From Raillietiella orientalis (lineage: Eukaryota), in NCBI GenBank assembly GCA_036172245.1, contig JAYWIR010000019.1:372001-436000 (forward strand): a stretch of DNA of 64,000 bases. The letters are read 5' to 3'. Positions within the stretch are counted from its first letter, which is position 1, and each line of letters opens with the position of its first letter. Below are positions 1-13,149 of the stretch, in pieces. The position numbers were made by a program, and so were the translations under genes. The notes beneath the pieces were generated by a model that was given only the letters and a program-made list of their open reading frames with translations, was not told the DNA's origin and ran no database searches.

Positions 1-89
1 AAAACCGGAGCGATGATCCCCCCCTTCAAGGAAAAACTCCCCTTCGACTTGCGACTCTTCCGTGGGTGTCCTCCAGGATGGATGCTTGG

Positions 90-330
90 AGTTCTTGCAA
101 GTCCCTTGCTGGCTCGGTGGGCCTTATAAAGCGCATTCTGCGAACGGCCTTGGGATCGTTCCCCGGACGACCCCTCCCCCTTAAGCAGAGGTGGGACGGT
201 TTCTCCGCCCGACCCGCCTGCGCCGCACGGACTTCTTCCTCGCCCTACTGCCGCGCGTGCATGCGAGCCGCCACCAAACGCCTCGCCTCCCTCCGTCCCT
301 TCCCTTCGAAACCGTTCGCGTACGGTTTCA
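90..330 (-). mobile_element. Possible degenerate zf-RVT 3' fragment of a non-LTR element
   Basis: Across frames: VWWRLA.., SPCG..GETV(P/S)HL.. and ALYKAHRA (compare AIHKAHRE in the 55-kb copy). Heavily decayed. Confidence 0.3.
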
Positions 331-3089
331 AAGGCACGCGATCCTGCGTAGGAGCCAGGGAACAAAGGTTGCCCGGAGCGACGACGCGGTGCTTCCGGAC
401 GTCCGGGTGCGAAACCGGAAGTCACCGGCGCCTCTTGCCCAAACTGCGCCTCGCTCTCTTCTGAACCCGGCCCGGTTGTCTGCCTCGCGTTGCCGTTTCT
501 TTGGGCGCTGGGCTCGCATGGCGTTGCCGTGGGAGATTCTTTGAGCTCCCGCACGAGCGGGGGATTTAGCTTCGCAAGTGTTTCCGAAGATTAACACTTG
601 TGATGTGTCTCTTACGAGAACGTGGGAGCGACCCGAGTGCGGCGTTACATCCGTAGTCCCGTGTGAGGGGCGGGAGCAGGAAGGAAGGCGTTCGATTTCT
701 TCGGGATTCTCTTGGAAGTCAGGAGTCGAACGTCCGCGGGAACCCTGACGCGGGAAACGAGGTTCCTGGCGGTCGTCTCGGAAACGACGTCAGGAAAGGG
801 AGATTCCGTCCGTTGAGAGTCTCGGTGTCTTTCAAAAGCCCCGAGCAGGGTACGGGCGCGCGGCCGACCCCCAGCTTTTGTGCACCGTGCGAACGGTAGC
901 GGGCGCGCGCCCCACACAAAGGCGGAAGGAAGGGGTTCGCGCGCGTCGCGCTTCGAGTGAGGACGACCCCTGAGGCGGAGAGGGGTGAAGTCCCCGCGCG
1001 CGAGGAGGTTTCAGGCTCTCTCCCTGCCCCCGCCGCGCGCGCCGCTGGAGGGCGGCAACCGCTGGAAAGAGCGAAGAGCACGAGTTCTTGGGGGGTTCTT
1101 CCGGAATTGCCAGGAGCTCGTGAGGGAAAAAAAAACGCCGGCTTTGTGCGACCTCCAGGAAAGTCAGCGGCTTTTTTTCATTTGTTCCTCGCGACCTCTG
1201 TTCCTACCACCTGGCGTTGAGAAAGCCGGAGGGACAACAGGGCAGGGGTGCGGCCGAAGAGGGGAAAGCGCGCGCGGTTCCATCCTTTGCGCGGAGCCGG
1301 CGATGACGTCACATCGCCGACGATCCGAGACTCCTCCAAGACGCCCGGCGTCCGGTCGATGAAATTCAAAGTCCCGACATCAGGGGGCTTCCTGGGACAC
1401 TGCAACACCTCCTCGCGTGAGCACGCGCGGAGGGACGCTGCTTCAGTGCCGAACGCGCAAGCAACAACAGCAAAACAAAAAAAGAAAGCGAGTCGGACAC
1501 GTGCAAGGGCCGCGCTGATGACGAGGATTTGAAGGCTTCGGATGGAATGACGACGGATGAAAGACGGCAGCCGAGGGGCGAACGAAAATTCGTGCTTTCC
1601 GGCCCGAAAAATGGGATCAAACTCGGTGCAACTCCTAGTCCAAAAGTCCGTAGTCCTAGCCCGGGATGTCAGCTTCTCCTTCCGTCAAACGTCTACTGAG
1701 GAAAGCGTCGTCCATCAGGGAGGGATGGGAACGCAGGAACCGACCGTCGAAGGGCTGGAAGACTCTCGCGTTCCTCCTCGACGCGTCGTTGGCAGGAGAG
1801 GAGCGCGAAGAGCTGCAAGAGTCGGCCAGCCTTCCCGTGCTGCGGACGCCGGCTGGAGAGGCCGCCATCTCAGGCGGCAGGTAGCTGGTGCCGAACCCCG
1901 GACAAGCAGCGGGAACGTCGCTTGTCCGGCGACCGTCACGTCCCCCTCCCCCTCTCCGCCCACTTGCCGTCCCGCTCTCGAAAGCATCCGCAGGGCTCGG
2001 CCGTGCGTCCTTGGGGCAACCTGCGCTCCTCGCGCCGGAAGAGCATGTGTCCTGAACCCTCTCTGAGCGTCTTTGGAAGCTTCCTCCGCAAGGGAGCACT
2101 TCCGCCTGCCTCCGGACTGACTTCTCGAAGGGGGTCAAAGTTCTTCTTGCCACCTCCTGACGGCACCCCCTTCGACGAACTTCCTCCTGCGGAGATGTGC
2201 GCGCTCTTTCTTTCACTCCTTCTCCCTTTCAGGAGGAGGAGAGGGGGCGCTCCGTTCGCGCCTCCCGAGGAGCTCCTTGCTCTTGTGTCTCCTCAGAGGT
2301 CGGCAACTACGCAATGAACTCCCCCAGTCAAGCCACCGGCTCTTCCCGAGCTCTTCGACTCTCGACTGCCGCTGCTGATGCGCAGATGGCACTAGGGATG
2401 CGTGCGAATGACGGGCGCCCTTCTGGAGCTACGCATCCCTTCCAAGGGATTTTCTGTTCTATTTAGAACGTGCTGGGTGTCGATGGGCGTGCCGAGGGAT
2501 TGGCTTACGCTGAACAGATGGAACTTTGACCCAATGGCTTTGCAGCGTGCGGTTCAATGCGCTCCTACCCATTAGAACAATGTTGCTGGCGGTTGATATG
2601 GATTCCGATGCCTGCATCGAGCCTCTGGCCGGTTGCAGCGCAGCGGTCTCAGGCGTTCTGGCCACCCACGGAAGCTTCGGTGGATCCCGCTGGGAAAAGT
2701 GACATTCGGGGAAAGGTAGCTGCCCTCCACCCCCATCCCATCACCACCCCCACGTTCCGCGGACTCCTGTTCGGTCTCCGGCGGCTGGCATCCCGGAATT
2801 TCCGCTCTCTCATCCAGAGGAGGCTGCTTGGTTGATGTCCTTCGCTGACCCTTCGTCCAAAATTCCAAGGCAGCACCTTCGCCCCGTCGTGTCGCCCTCT
2901 CGGAAGCCTTCGGGGGTTCAGGTCAACGAGCCCAAGCGGGCTTCCTGCTTGCGTGCTCCAATTACGGGATCCACTTATTCCAACCGCCGCCTCGCTTCAT
3001 TGGCGGAACTCCCACAACGCTGGCTTCATCTGTGGGGCGCATCTAGCTGACCGCCTACCCAATAATAACAACAACAACAGCAACAAACA

Positions 3090-3630
3090 GCCCGCGTTGG
3101 CGGCAATGCTCTCCGCGAGGCGCGGCATGGAATGTTGCGGGTTCGAATCCCCACGTGGAGGATTGACGCCGGCTGGTCTCGGGTGCGGCACTGGTAGAAG
3201 CAGCCGGAAACTCCGGATGACCCCGTTACGTGGTCGGCAGTTAACCGTCCAGCGTCCTTCCGGGAATCGAAGAGACTTCCGGGGTCCCCCTCTGGTTGTG
3301 AAAACGGAGTCGTCCATCGCGTATCATGGAGCTGGTTGCCTCTTGAGAGTGTCAAGAAGCGCTCTTGGGAGCATCCCTCCGTTGTTATCTTACAGAGGAG
3401 GAAACGAGGAGCGAATCTTTCCGGATAAGATTCCTCCGGAGAGAACAAGGAAGAGGTTCCCTTCGGGGTACCCTCCGGAGACAACCAGGGTGACGGTGAC
3501 CTTTCGGGTACCCTCCGGGGACAACTGGGGCAGATGGTTCCCCTAGGGATTTACTCCGGGGACAACTAGGGCCAGGATACCCTTCGGGGGACAAGCAGGG
3601 TGGCGGTGACCATCGGGGTACCCCCTACCT
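3090..3630 (+). mobile_element. tRNA-headed SINE-like element, copy 1
   Basis: Starts gcccgcgttggcggc, with Pol III B-box ggttcgaatcc at 3140-3150. The body (gttgtgaaaa..ccatcg.gta.ca.ggagctggttgcct; ggttcccttc) is shared with 60151-60750. The 3' part is a degenerate ~40-bp tandem repeat. Confidence 0.6.
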
Positions 3631-4493
3631 TGAAGAGTCACACGCACCCTCGGGTAACGTGATACAGTGTCAAAGGGAGTTTCGTGAGCCCCCAGGCGAA
3701 CGGTTCTTCATTACTTAGCGAACCAAAGGGAAAACTCCGTCAGATGGTGCTACCACAGTCTGAGCTGGACTCATTCGTTTTCCCGCAACTGGGGGGTTGG
3801 GGAGCGAAGTTTTGGGGTGGCTCCACGAGCGATGTAGCCGCGTCGGAAGGTGCCGTGGCTGTTTGGCAACACGGGCTCCTCCTGCAGTGACCGCTGCCAG
3901 AAGGAAGCAGGCCTGTCTCCGTTTCCTTCCTTTCTTTGTGCGACCGCAAGCGTCCCTTCCCCGCGAACGGGAGTGGATGAATGGCATCCTGGTGATGTCT
4001 CTGAACAGAAGCTCCCGGGGAAAGAAGGAGCGTGTAGGAAAACAAAAGGTGAAGTGCGGCTCCCTCTTCCTGCCTTGCAGACGGCCACCGGCGTCGCCGC
4101 CTCACTTCGCGTCCGCGTCCAGCCGACGGAAACGCGGCTTCCGCATTGCGGGCGAACTCTGAACGAGAGAAGGATGCGTTGCCGACCCTCCTTTGCGACC
4201 TGCGCTTTGCGAATTCCTACTGATCCTCTCCTCCTCGTCTGACAGTTTGGGGGTAGAAGGCTCCCACGAACCCATGACTTTCCGGCAGCTTTCGAGCGCC
4301 CCTCAGTAGGGACCGGAAGAAGCTGAAGAACCGCCAAGCAATAGTGGTCTTCAGCTGGAAGTTGGTTCTCTTGTATCCTGCGTTCCAGGCTCTGTCCCTG
4401 GCTCCGCCTCTGAAGGGTGGTGCCCAGCCGCGCTTCGCTGGTGCGCTGAGGTGCCGAGGCTATCATCCTTCTCTCTTCCCAGAAAGAAAGACG

Positions 4494-5929
4494 ATGACCG
4501 AAAATTTCCTTGCAAAGGACGTGGCCTGGAGGATACAGAAGAAAATCCTGAGCCGCATGTCAAACAAGACGGTGGCCAAAGTGCTCATCGACGACACCTC
4601 TAGCCAACTCTTGGACGACATTTATCGGTTGGCGAAGACCAAGGTAAAATGCGCCACGAACGACAGCACGCGCGCGCGGGGGAGAGAGATGCGCGCTCCG
4701 CGGGCTACACACTGAAGGCGTTGCCCTGGTGATCAGGGTGGGATCCGTCTGTCTATTCTGGCCGATCTCCCGGGCAAGCGAGATGTCCATCCTCGATCTG
4801 ACCCCAGCTCGACTCCGCTCGCGTTTCCGCCGAAGGGAACCTCCGGCCCTGGGCAACCACGCGTCGGATCGGAACGGACCAGAAGCAGAAGACGACGTCG
4901 CCATGCTTCCCGCCTTCTCGAACCTTCCGCGTTCGCTCCGAGCCGCGGTCGTCGCGGCGGAGGAGAGAGACGTCGGCCATGCTGAAACGCTAAGCGTCCG
5001 CCGTGCCGCACTCGCCAGGTCTGCCTCCCCGCATTCCTCGGCGTCAGCCGCAGCCCAATGCTATGACCTAGTTGTGAACTCTTTGGGAAGCCCTCCTGGA
5101 TCTTGCAGTCGCTGGACTCCCGTTGGCCTGCTCTCTCGGACCGCGCTGCCGGGCAAGCCAACGAGAGCGAAACAGGGAACTTTTCCAGGTTCGCTAGGCT
5201 GGACGCGCCCCTCTGCTTTGATTCCATCAAAGGTCACCCCACCTCGGAAGGACAAGTTGGCTTACCGAGTGGTCGAAACGCTTTCGAAGACTACTCTTTC
5301 CTCCCCCCCCTTTTCCTCCCCCATCCCGGACGATAGGCCGAGCGATCCCTCCCTTCTCCTGGAGGACTGCGAGAACGGATTTGCGAAATCTCTCATGTCC
5401 CGAAAATAGGTTCGGTCGCGGTCGGTCCTTCAGGGTCGCGACATTGTCTTTCGCTCCGCCTCTTCCAAAAAGTTCCGTCCGACTCTTTTTCCCCATCCTG
5501 TCTTTCCAGAGAGGATGCACGAAGAAGGACGCAGAGAAGTTCGTCAAGAACATCATCAAGCTGGTAGTTAAGGCCGGGCTGGCTTACCGCAACAACCAGT
5601 TCTCCGAGGCGGAGCTGACGTCCGCCCACAAGCTCCAGCAGCGGGTGTTCGCGCTGGTGATGTCGGTGGTGTCCTTCTGCGAGGTGGAGTTCTCCTACGA
5701 CAGGAGATACATCCTCTCGGAGATGCACAATTGCAAAATCCTGCTGCAGCAAATCCTCCAGCGCCATGTGACTCCCAAGAACCTGGCGCGAGTGGACGCG
5801 GTGTGCTCGTTCATAGGGGACGCGGCCTTCCTGGACACCATCTTCAACAGGAACTGGGAACACAGGCACCTGCTGGAGAAAATTGTCGACGACATCAACA
5901 AGATGGTGGATGAAGGAACGATAGGATGA
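4494..5929 (+). CDS. TNFAIP8: TNFAIP8/TIPE family protein (sigmar-like); exons 4494-4643 and 5510-5929, 189 aa from this ATG
   Basis: Exon 1 reads MTENFLAKDVAWRIQKKILSRMSNKTVAKVLIDDTSSQLLDDIYRLAKTK and exon 2 reads RGCTKKDAEKFVKNIIKLVVKAGLAYRNNQFS...SVVSFCEVEFSYDRRY...DDINKMVDEGTIG*, both matching TNFAIP8 family motifs. Phase-0 intron 4644-5509 (AAG|gtaaaa ... tctttccag|AGA) joins them in frame. An acceptor at 4481-4482 (ctctcttcccag) implies an unlocated upstream exon, so the true start may lie further 5'. Confidence 0.93.
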
Positions 5930-6491
5930 AGTTGGGAACGGAAAAAATGAAAAAAAAAAAGCATTTAAATTGGGAAGATGGAGCTTTACCTTACCAACGG
6001 CAACGGCAGGCTCCTCCGCCGTACGGGCCTACGCACCACTGCGAGATCCACATCCCCCCCCCTCCTTTCCCGTCTCCCCTTCTGTCAGTGCTGCTTCACA
6101 TCGTTTCCCTCCACCGCCTGCATCCTGTTTGACCTTCACTTTAAAGGTCGATGGCACACGTCGCTGGAGGAACAAGTGCTCCTGCCGTTCTTTTCCCATG
6201 TCGATTCCACGTGCGATCCGCGGGAGAGGAGGGGAAACAAGCACGCAAAAGACACAGGGTGTTCCGGGGCAATCGGGACGTTCTTCGCCTCAGGCGTCGA
6301 AACTGACCAGAAACGCCCACCTGGGAGAACGGGGATGGCGAAGTACTTCGAAGGAAGGCCGAAGCCGCTTCCAGCGATGTCTTCCAGAAAGTGGATTCCC
6401 AGAAGGAAGAGGATGAGATCGCTTACCCCTTCCCTCCCCACCCCCCCCAACAAAAAAAATAATAATGATGACAATGAACCTCCCCGAAGAA

Positions 6492-6573
6492 TTTTTTAAA
6501 CAATGGACCCCCCCGACATTTTTTTAAACAATGGACCCCCCTCCCAAAAAAAAATAATAATAATAATAATAAT
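6492..6573. repeat. Short tandem duplication plus (AAT)n microsatellite
   Basis: ttttttaaacaatggacccccc occurs twice, followed by an aat run. Confidence 0.75.
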
Positions 6574-7849
6574 GCACTTTCTCGGAAACAAAAATTCAAC
6601 AATGCGCCTCTACCCCCTCCCCTCCTCCCTTCACCCAACACGCACATTGTTGGCCGTTCGTTTCCGTTAAGCGGAACTATCGTTGCAGGGGCGCGTATCC
6701 TTCCGTCTGGCCCTCCGCTCTCAATGGTGGCACTCGGCTCTTTGAGACCACCGTCACGTGCGGCCCTCCTCCATCCATCTCGCCTCGGAAAGCGGCACCA
6801 TAGCCGGCGTTCGGGTTTGTCCCTGCGGGGCTGCAGCGTCGACCTCCCCGTTGCTCGGGGATGGGGAAGCGAGGATTCTGCCTCGACGAAAGAATTTCTC
6901 GTCCCTTTTCGCTCTCCCGCCTTCCCTCCCGACATCGTGTCACGTGACCTTGGAGGAATGAAGGGGGATGGAGCACCGAATGGAGGAGGAGAGCGTTCCC
7001 GTGGGAAAGGCAGGTAGCAGCGGGTAAAAGGACGTCGGCTGATGATAGTGCGATTGGTGAAAGAGAGGTTTTGGAGCGGAGGAATTTTCCTTTCATCTCT
7101 TTTTTTTTTCCTTTTGGATAAGGGTTTGGAACAAGGGAGGGAAAGGGGGCTTGCTCGCAAACAGCCTTTCTGTTCGCGAAGCCGCCCATTTGTTGCCGCC
7201 CAAGATGCGGAAGAACGCATGCGTCGCGCGAGCAAGTGGTGTCACTGTTTGCAACCCCTTTGCGCGCTCGCGCACCGCCGCGCGGAACGGAAGTGACGGC
7301 GCAGTAGCAGGCGGCCTACTACAGCCGGGAGGAGGAGGGAGAAGGAAGACTCCGCGTCTCGTGTAAAAAAGAATGGAAGCAAGCGGACGCTTCCGGCAGG
7401 GGCAGCCCTCCAACCGCCGCCGCGTGGCTCCGATGAGGCACCTTCGGCGAAGTTCCTCCCGTTCCGCTTTCGGGAGCAGCGGATGAGGCAACGGATCCTC
7501 ACCGGCGCCCGCTCGCTCTTCCCCTTTCTGCCCACGGGGAAGCTGCGCGAGGTTCAAAGAAAGACAACAAAGCTTGGACGGTTCCAGAAGCCGACGTGAC
7601 GGCTGGCGATGATGACTCGCGGCCATGCCGAGCACCTCAGCACCCCAGTCTCCTCTGCGCCCGAAAGAAGAACGGAGATGCGGTCGAAAATCTTCTCCAA
7701 CTTGTCCAAAGGAGGCCAGGAAACTCTGGAGACCCTAAGGAAACAGAGAACATCCGGTTGTTTCCTAGTTGGGGGGGGGAGACACGAAAGATGCCGAAGG
7801 AGTCTGAAATTGCGGGCAACATGTTGACTCCGAAGGACCAGAGAAGGAC

Positions 7850-8260
7850 TTTCCGGTAACACGCCTCCGAGGCTAGCAGCCTTTCCCCTGGGCCCAAGAG
7901 CGGTCGGATTCCGCACGATCGGCATCTTCTGCCATCCATACTGTACGCGGTAATCGGTGAACCTGGTTAAGGAGCTCGCAGGATCGCCGGCTGCCGCCAT
8001 ATGTCACGGCGCCTGCAAACGAGACGACTGGACCACGAATGTGGCGACTGCCGCGATGTGGCGGCATCGGCTGGGGGGTGGGGGTGGAGGACATGCCCAG
8101 CATTCCCTTGGAAGCGAACGAGGTCCACATCCCTCCAGCAGGCTACGGGCCCACTGCCCATCCAACCAGAAGCACCTGCTCACATCATAGCGACACCTCT
8201 CCCTCGAAGTGCCTACCAGAACGTCCAGAACGTCTCCCCAGATGCTGGCACCGTGACGGA
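7850..8260 (-). mobile_element. Possible degenerate non-LTR ORF1 (RRM plus zinc knuckle) remnant
   Basis: Across frameshifts: WGDVLDV.., then PASSLTRFTDYRVQY/DGRRCRSCG..LASEAC, resembling L1/Tx1 ORF1 knuckle regions. Confidence 0.3.
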
Positions 8261-11200
8261 ATGGGTCTCGATGAAATCTGTTTTTCTTATTATTATTCTC
8301 GTCTCCAGCGGAAAGAAGAGTACAGGCCACCCGCAGCAAGGCAAAGTGGTGCTAACGAGCGCTTGCTGGAGGGACACAGATCTGCCCACGGCTGAACTGT
8401 CTGAAATTCGACCCCCTACGCAGCTCCACGGGCAAGCGAGAGGATTCCCCATTGAGAGTAGGTTCTGACGAGTACTGACCAGAAAAATAAGTCCCTTCTC
8501 CGGGAGGGAAATCTTGACGTGTGAAAAGGATGAGAAAGAAACGGAAAATTTGCGTCACGCGCCTCCTTGATTGTAGGGAAGCGATGTGACAAGAGAAAAG
8601 ACGTGTGCCATCAAGCTGAGCCGATGCTTGGAATAAAAATCCACCGATCAGCTTGTAACCGATAACGATGGATGCTGTTCAACAGCATCCTTGCCTATCT
8701 CCGCGGAACGAATGGACTGTTAAGCCCGTCAGAGATGATCAATGACGCCCATTTGTGCCAACGGCACCACCCACGCGTCGTCTTTTGTCCGAGGGTGGAA
8801 ATGCCCATTTGAGCAGCCCTGACTTTCGCCAAGTGCGCGCTGCCATCTGGGGATCCCCTTGGAAACAATCCGTTTTTTGGTGTTCAGGAGATACCGGAAA
8901 CTAGGTTTCCGGGAGAAATAGAGAGGAAAAAAAATATCCTCCTCTTCTAGAGTGTCTTCTGAGATGCCTTTTTGTCACAGAACATGGACAGGAGGTGAGG
9001 ACGCGAAGAGCGAACCTCCATGGGAACATATCTCGGGGTGAAACACTAGCCTGGGGAGCGGTCATCAATCAAGCCAGAAATCAACTTTGGCTTCTGCGTT
9101 TCAAAATCCCAGATCTTCGGAGACGATTCACTAGGATTTCAGGTCACGTCTGAAAATCTGATTGATTCCAGCGTAAGACGGTGTCGGCGTAGCTCTTGGG
9201 CACTCGAAACCGCAAATAGCAGTGCGAGTGCCCAATCTTCAGAACCTTCTGGATGTCCATCCACGTCTTCTCAGTGCTTCCTCGTTCATCCGTGGGCACA
9301 CGAGGATCGCGAAGAACTCGGGCCGGCCGAGGTTTAGGACGGCTAGCGATGGCAGGTGGGCACTTCTTGGCTCGTTTCAAGGAGTGTCAGCACGAAAGAA
9401 TTATTCCAGGAAACACAAGAGCCTCTATGAAATCCACTGTCCTGAAATGTTAAATAAGGAGGATTAAGTGGAGGTGAAGGCGAAAATCTTTGATTTCATT
9501 TAGTAGCATTTGATTCCTACACACAAGCTTATACCAAGGTTCCATTAAAGTAAAATAAAAATAGGCGACGATGTCGGTGGCACACACAGACACACAGGTA
9601 TGTTGGGATTTACACAGGCATGCACGGGTGCACAGAACAAACATACAGCATGTACGGATGCCCAGGTCAGGCACACAAGCTGCACAACTGCTTAGTTGAA
9701 GCGTCAACTATGCTCGGGAAGGTGCACGGGGTCGCAATTAATCTTCTTGCTCACGATGCGCATGTGGACCGTGCTCCCGGCACGACCTGAACTCCAGCCC
9801 GTCGTCCGACGCTCCGCGATGAGAGGAACCGCGCGGAACCAACAAAAGAACGAGCACAAGATCCGGGGGATAAGGATCAATGGAGGCGAAGTTCGTCCCG
9901 CGGCCATCGTCCAAGAGGTGGGTGGAGCACATCCTCAACCACTGCACGGACAAGGGAATTTTTTACTAATAATTTCATACTCAAATTCAACAAAATTTTA
10001 AATAATTATCAATATCAAGTCAATTTCTACACTTACTAGTAGATTACCCCCTTGCCTAGATACACCTTCCGGTACATCTACTATGTTACGACTTATCTAA
10101 TATTATATCAGAGCGACGGGCGATTTGTATTTAATGATTGTCAAATTCAACTTGCTCTTCTTAAACAAATTTACAATTAAATCCTATTTTAATGTAAAAT
10201 TACATTCAACACATCCAAATTTAATATAATGTAGTTCACAGATCATTCTTTTTTATGCTGCATCTTGATTAGAACTTTTAATTACAATCTATTTAGAAAA
10301 TTAATTACTCTTAAATAATCAAATCAACGATATACAAACACTAAGAAAAGTAAGTTCCTCGCGGATTATCCCGAGATATCACGGGAGAAGACGTGCCCCT
10401 GATCAAGACCGCTGTCTCCGAGGCACCGGTACCAGGTGGCATCCCGCCAACGCATGCCGGAGGCGGATCGGAGGCTGGAGCGAGGCGGCAGGGCGAAGAT
10501 CGTGGGCGCCTTTGACTCGTTGAGCATTCAGCAGCGGCTGCTCGAAAGAACCACGGCAGGAGGAGACGGGCACGCGGCTGCCCACTGGGTCTCCGGTGGA
10601 CTTCTCCGATGCCCGGAGCCTCGGCATGAGGCGAAGCACCGAGAAAGCTTCCGGAATGGGCGGAGCACGTCAAAGAGGGACCTTTGAGCGCGCCTAGGGG
10701 CCCTGTGCTCCCGCGGCGCCATCTGCAATTGTCAGACGGGTGGCTACTCCTACAGAAAAAAGCCCTACCTACATCATGATGTGCTATTATTCTATTCCTC
10801 ATCTACGTCGGAGGAATCCTAATCCCTCGTGAACTAAACTCTCATCATGGATCATGTAGGCGAGTAAAAGAGCCCTTCAGCCAAATCCTCGCCTCCCCCT
10901 CTCTAAACGATTGTGAGCAAGCGGCGACCTTGGAAACAGGAAATCGGAACTGTACCGAAATCACCTACATCAGTCCACCATCTTTACTAGTTTTCTGGAA
11001 CACAGCCAAAGGAAGACATGGTCCGAGGGAGTTGAGGAGATAGAGGTTCCCTTAGCAACCGAATCGTCCCCATCTGGGACGGTCAGCAAAGAGAGAGGCG
11101 AAGCTAAAGGGATGAGGAGGTCTAACGAGGGGATGCCGCTTGTTCGAGCTGTTGCCGAAAACGCACTTGATCTCTGGGGAGGATGAGTATCGTCAGGAGC

Positions 11201-13149
11201 GTGCTCCATGGAGACGCGTTCTGAGGCATCTTCGAAGCGTCAAGGCGGCAAAGGGAAAAAAAAAGCTTTCCTTGCAGACCACGTGATGAGGGGGAGGTGA
11301 GGGTGGCAGCAAAAGCTCTCAGCAGACCGACGGGGATGTCTCCCGCTCATGGGCTCGTCCCAGACGGCTACCGGACTGCGGAGCGGTACGAACTCCAGGA
11401 AGCAAAGCCAACAGCTAGCTGGGGGTTCGAATCCCGGGAGCGAACTGCTTCAATCGAGGTCCATCGGGAGCCGCTGATGATCAAACATCACCTTTCTACC
11501 GTCCCCAGACCTTGCCGGACCCAGCAGGGTCACGAGACAGCAGCAATCCTCGGATGAATCCCCGGCCTCGTTAGGAGGGAAACTCACTGATCCCTTCGAA
11601 TTTCGACCACGCCATCCTCTCCAGAAAAACGCACGCATGCACAAGCGTCAAGATCTTAACGGCTCCATTCGCCCCTGTCTTTCGAATCACTCTCACGAGT
11701 CGCTAACGAACGCTGCAGGTCTCCTGAAAACCATGCTGGAGGTCCACATTGGAAGCCGCGTGACTGCGGTCTCCCTTCGGAGAATAATGAGCTACCCCTG
11801 CGGACTCCCTTCGGAGAGAATGAGGAAGAATGGCTCCCCTACCAAACGTAGGAGCACAACGGACTCCTCCCCCCAGAGCCTACTCAGCATGCCCAACCTA
11901 CCCTACTTTACCCAAAACGACGAAAACTATCCGACCTATCCTACCCTCCACCTACCCCTCAACCTATGCTAACCTATCTATCCAATGACAAAGAATCTAC
12001 AATGGCCTTAAAGACGAGGCAGCCATTTTGAAGTACGCATTCCTTGATCGTTGGAGGACTGAGGGGGAGGTGGTGCAGTCGTAGCATCTTCTCTGAGGCA
12101 TGTGGTGGAGAAACAAAGAGAGATTTCCACCTCCTTCTTTTCACCCGAGTTTCGGCATCCCTTCCTGTCCATCCGCTCACTCGTGAAAAGTTGCCTCAAG
12201 GCAATCTCATCGGGACTCGCACAGCCACACCTCCGACGTGACCCCGTGAGACTCGGGAGTGGAGTGCGGCGTGCGCTGGACCACAGCATCCGCACACATC
12301 TCTTTCCGACTACAGCCCAGAAGGGACTGAGCTTCGTCTCTGGACTTCGTCCGGGATCCCGTGACCCTGCGGGCGTCACGTCCACCCCCGGAAGGTCGCT
12401 CGCTGATGCTCGTTTGTTGCCCACCCGGTCAGGCCGGCGCGTCTCTAGCAAGAACAAACTTCAACAACGAAACAGTTCAGCGGAGTTTCTTCCTCCGTCG
12501 CGGGAGTCCCATCCCTGATTTGGGAAGTCCCGGAGGCTGCGCAAGGCACTCTCCGGGAGGGACCCGCACAGGGAAACCAGAGAGAAGGGAAATAAACGAG
12601 AAAGATAGGAAAATGCGAAACCGAAGAGGGCCTGGAATGTTCGAGAGGGGAAGGGAAGGAACCGCAGGCTGCTCCCCCGTGTCCTCCTCATCCCCTCAGG
12701 GACGCCGGCACGCTCCTTCTGGCTGTGCCTCCAGTGAGGCCATCCCGCTGCGGTCCTTGGCAACGGAAAGGCGAGACAGCAGGCGCTTCCCTGCTGTCTC
12801 GACCTCTGCAGCCGGGGTCTCTGGCCCGCCAAGGATGCCCTCTGGGGAAGAAATCCAGGAGTAGATGCTTCCCGAGTCCCCTTTGGAGAAGAAAGGAGGG
12901 AAGAAGGAAAAGATCGCTCCGCCGAGGGTGCGAGGGACGGACTCCTTCCTTGGGAGCCTTCCTGGATTCGCGGGGTCGTCCTTTCCGGGATACTCGCTGT
13001 AACGGAAAAGGTCAGGAGCATCCTCGGGTGATGTGGGAGGCGTCGAAGAAGTCCGCGATCCCCCGGCCGCCACGATACCGAGAACGCAGCATGGAACGGC
13101 GGTCCGTCGCCGCAGGCAGCGTCCTGCCACGAGTGAAGAGGCCCTCGGG

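Noticed and set aside
1666..1884. Upstream coding exon of TNFAIP8 ending at cag|gtagct
   Set aside because: The frame compatible with the phase-1 acceptor at 4482 has an upstream stop and no ATG.
3090..3165. Functional tRNA gene (also 60151-60225)
   Set aside because: The stems do not pair properly and the similarity continues into a shared repeat body, so these were treated as SINE heads.
11424..11435. Isolated B-box ggttcgaatccc suggesting a tRNA gene
   Set aside because: No cloverleaf or clear A-box can be built. At most a decayed SINE head.
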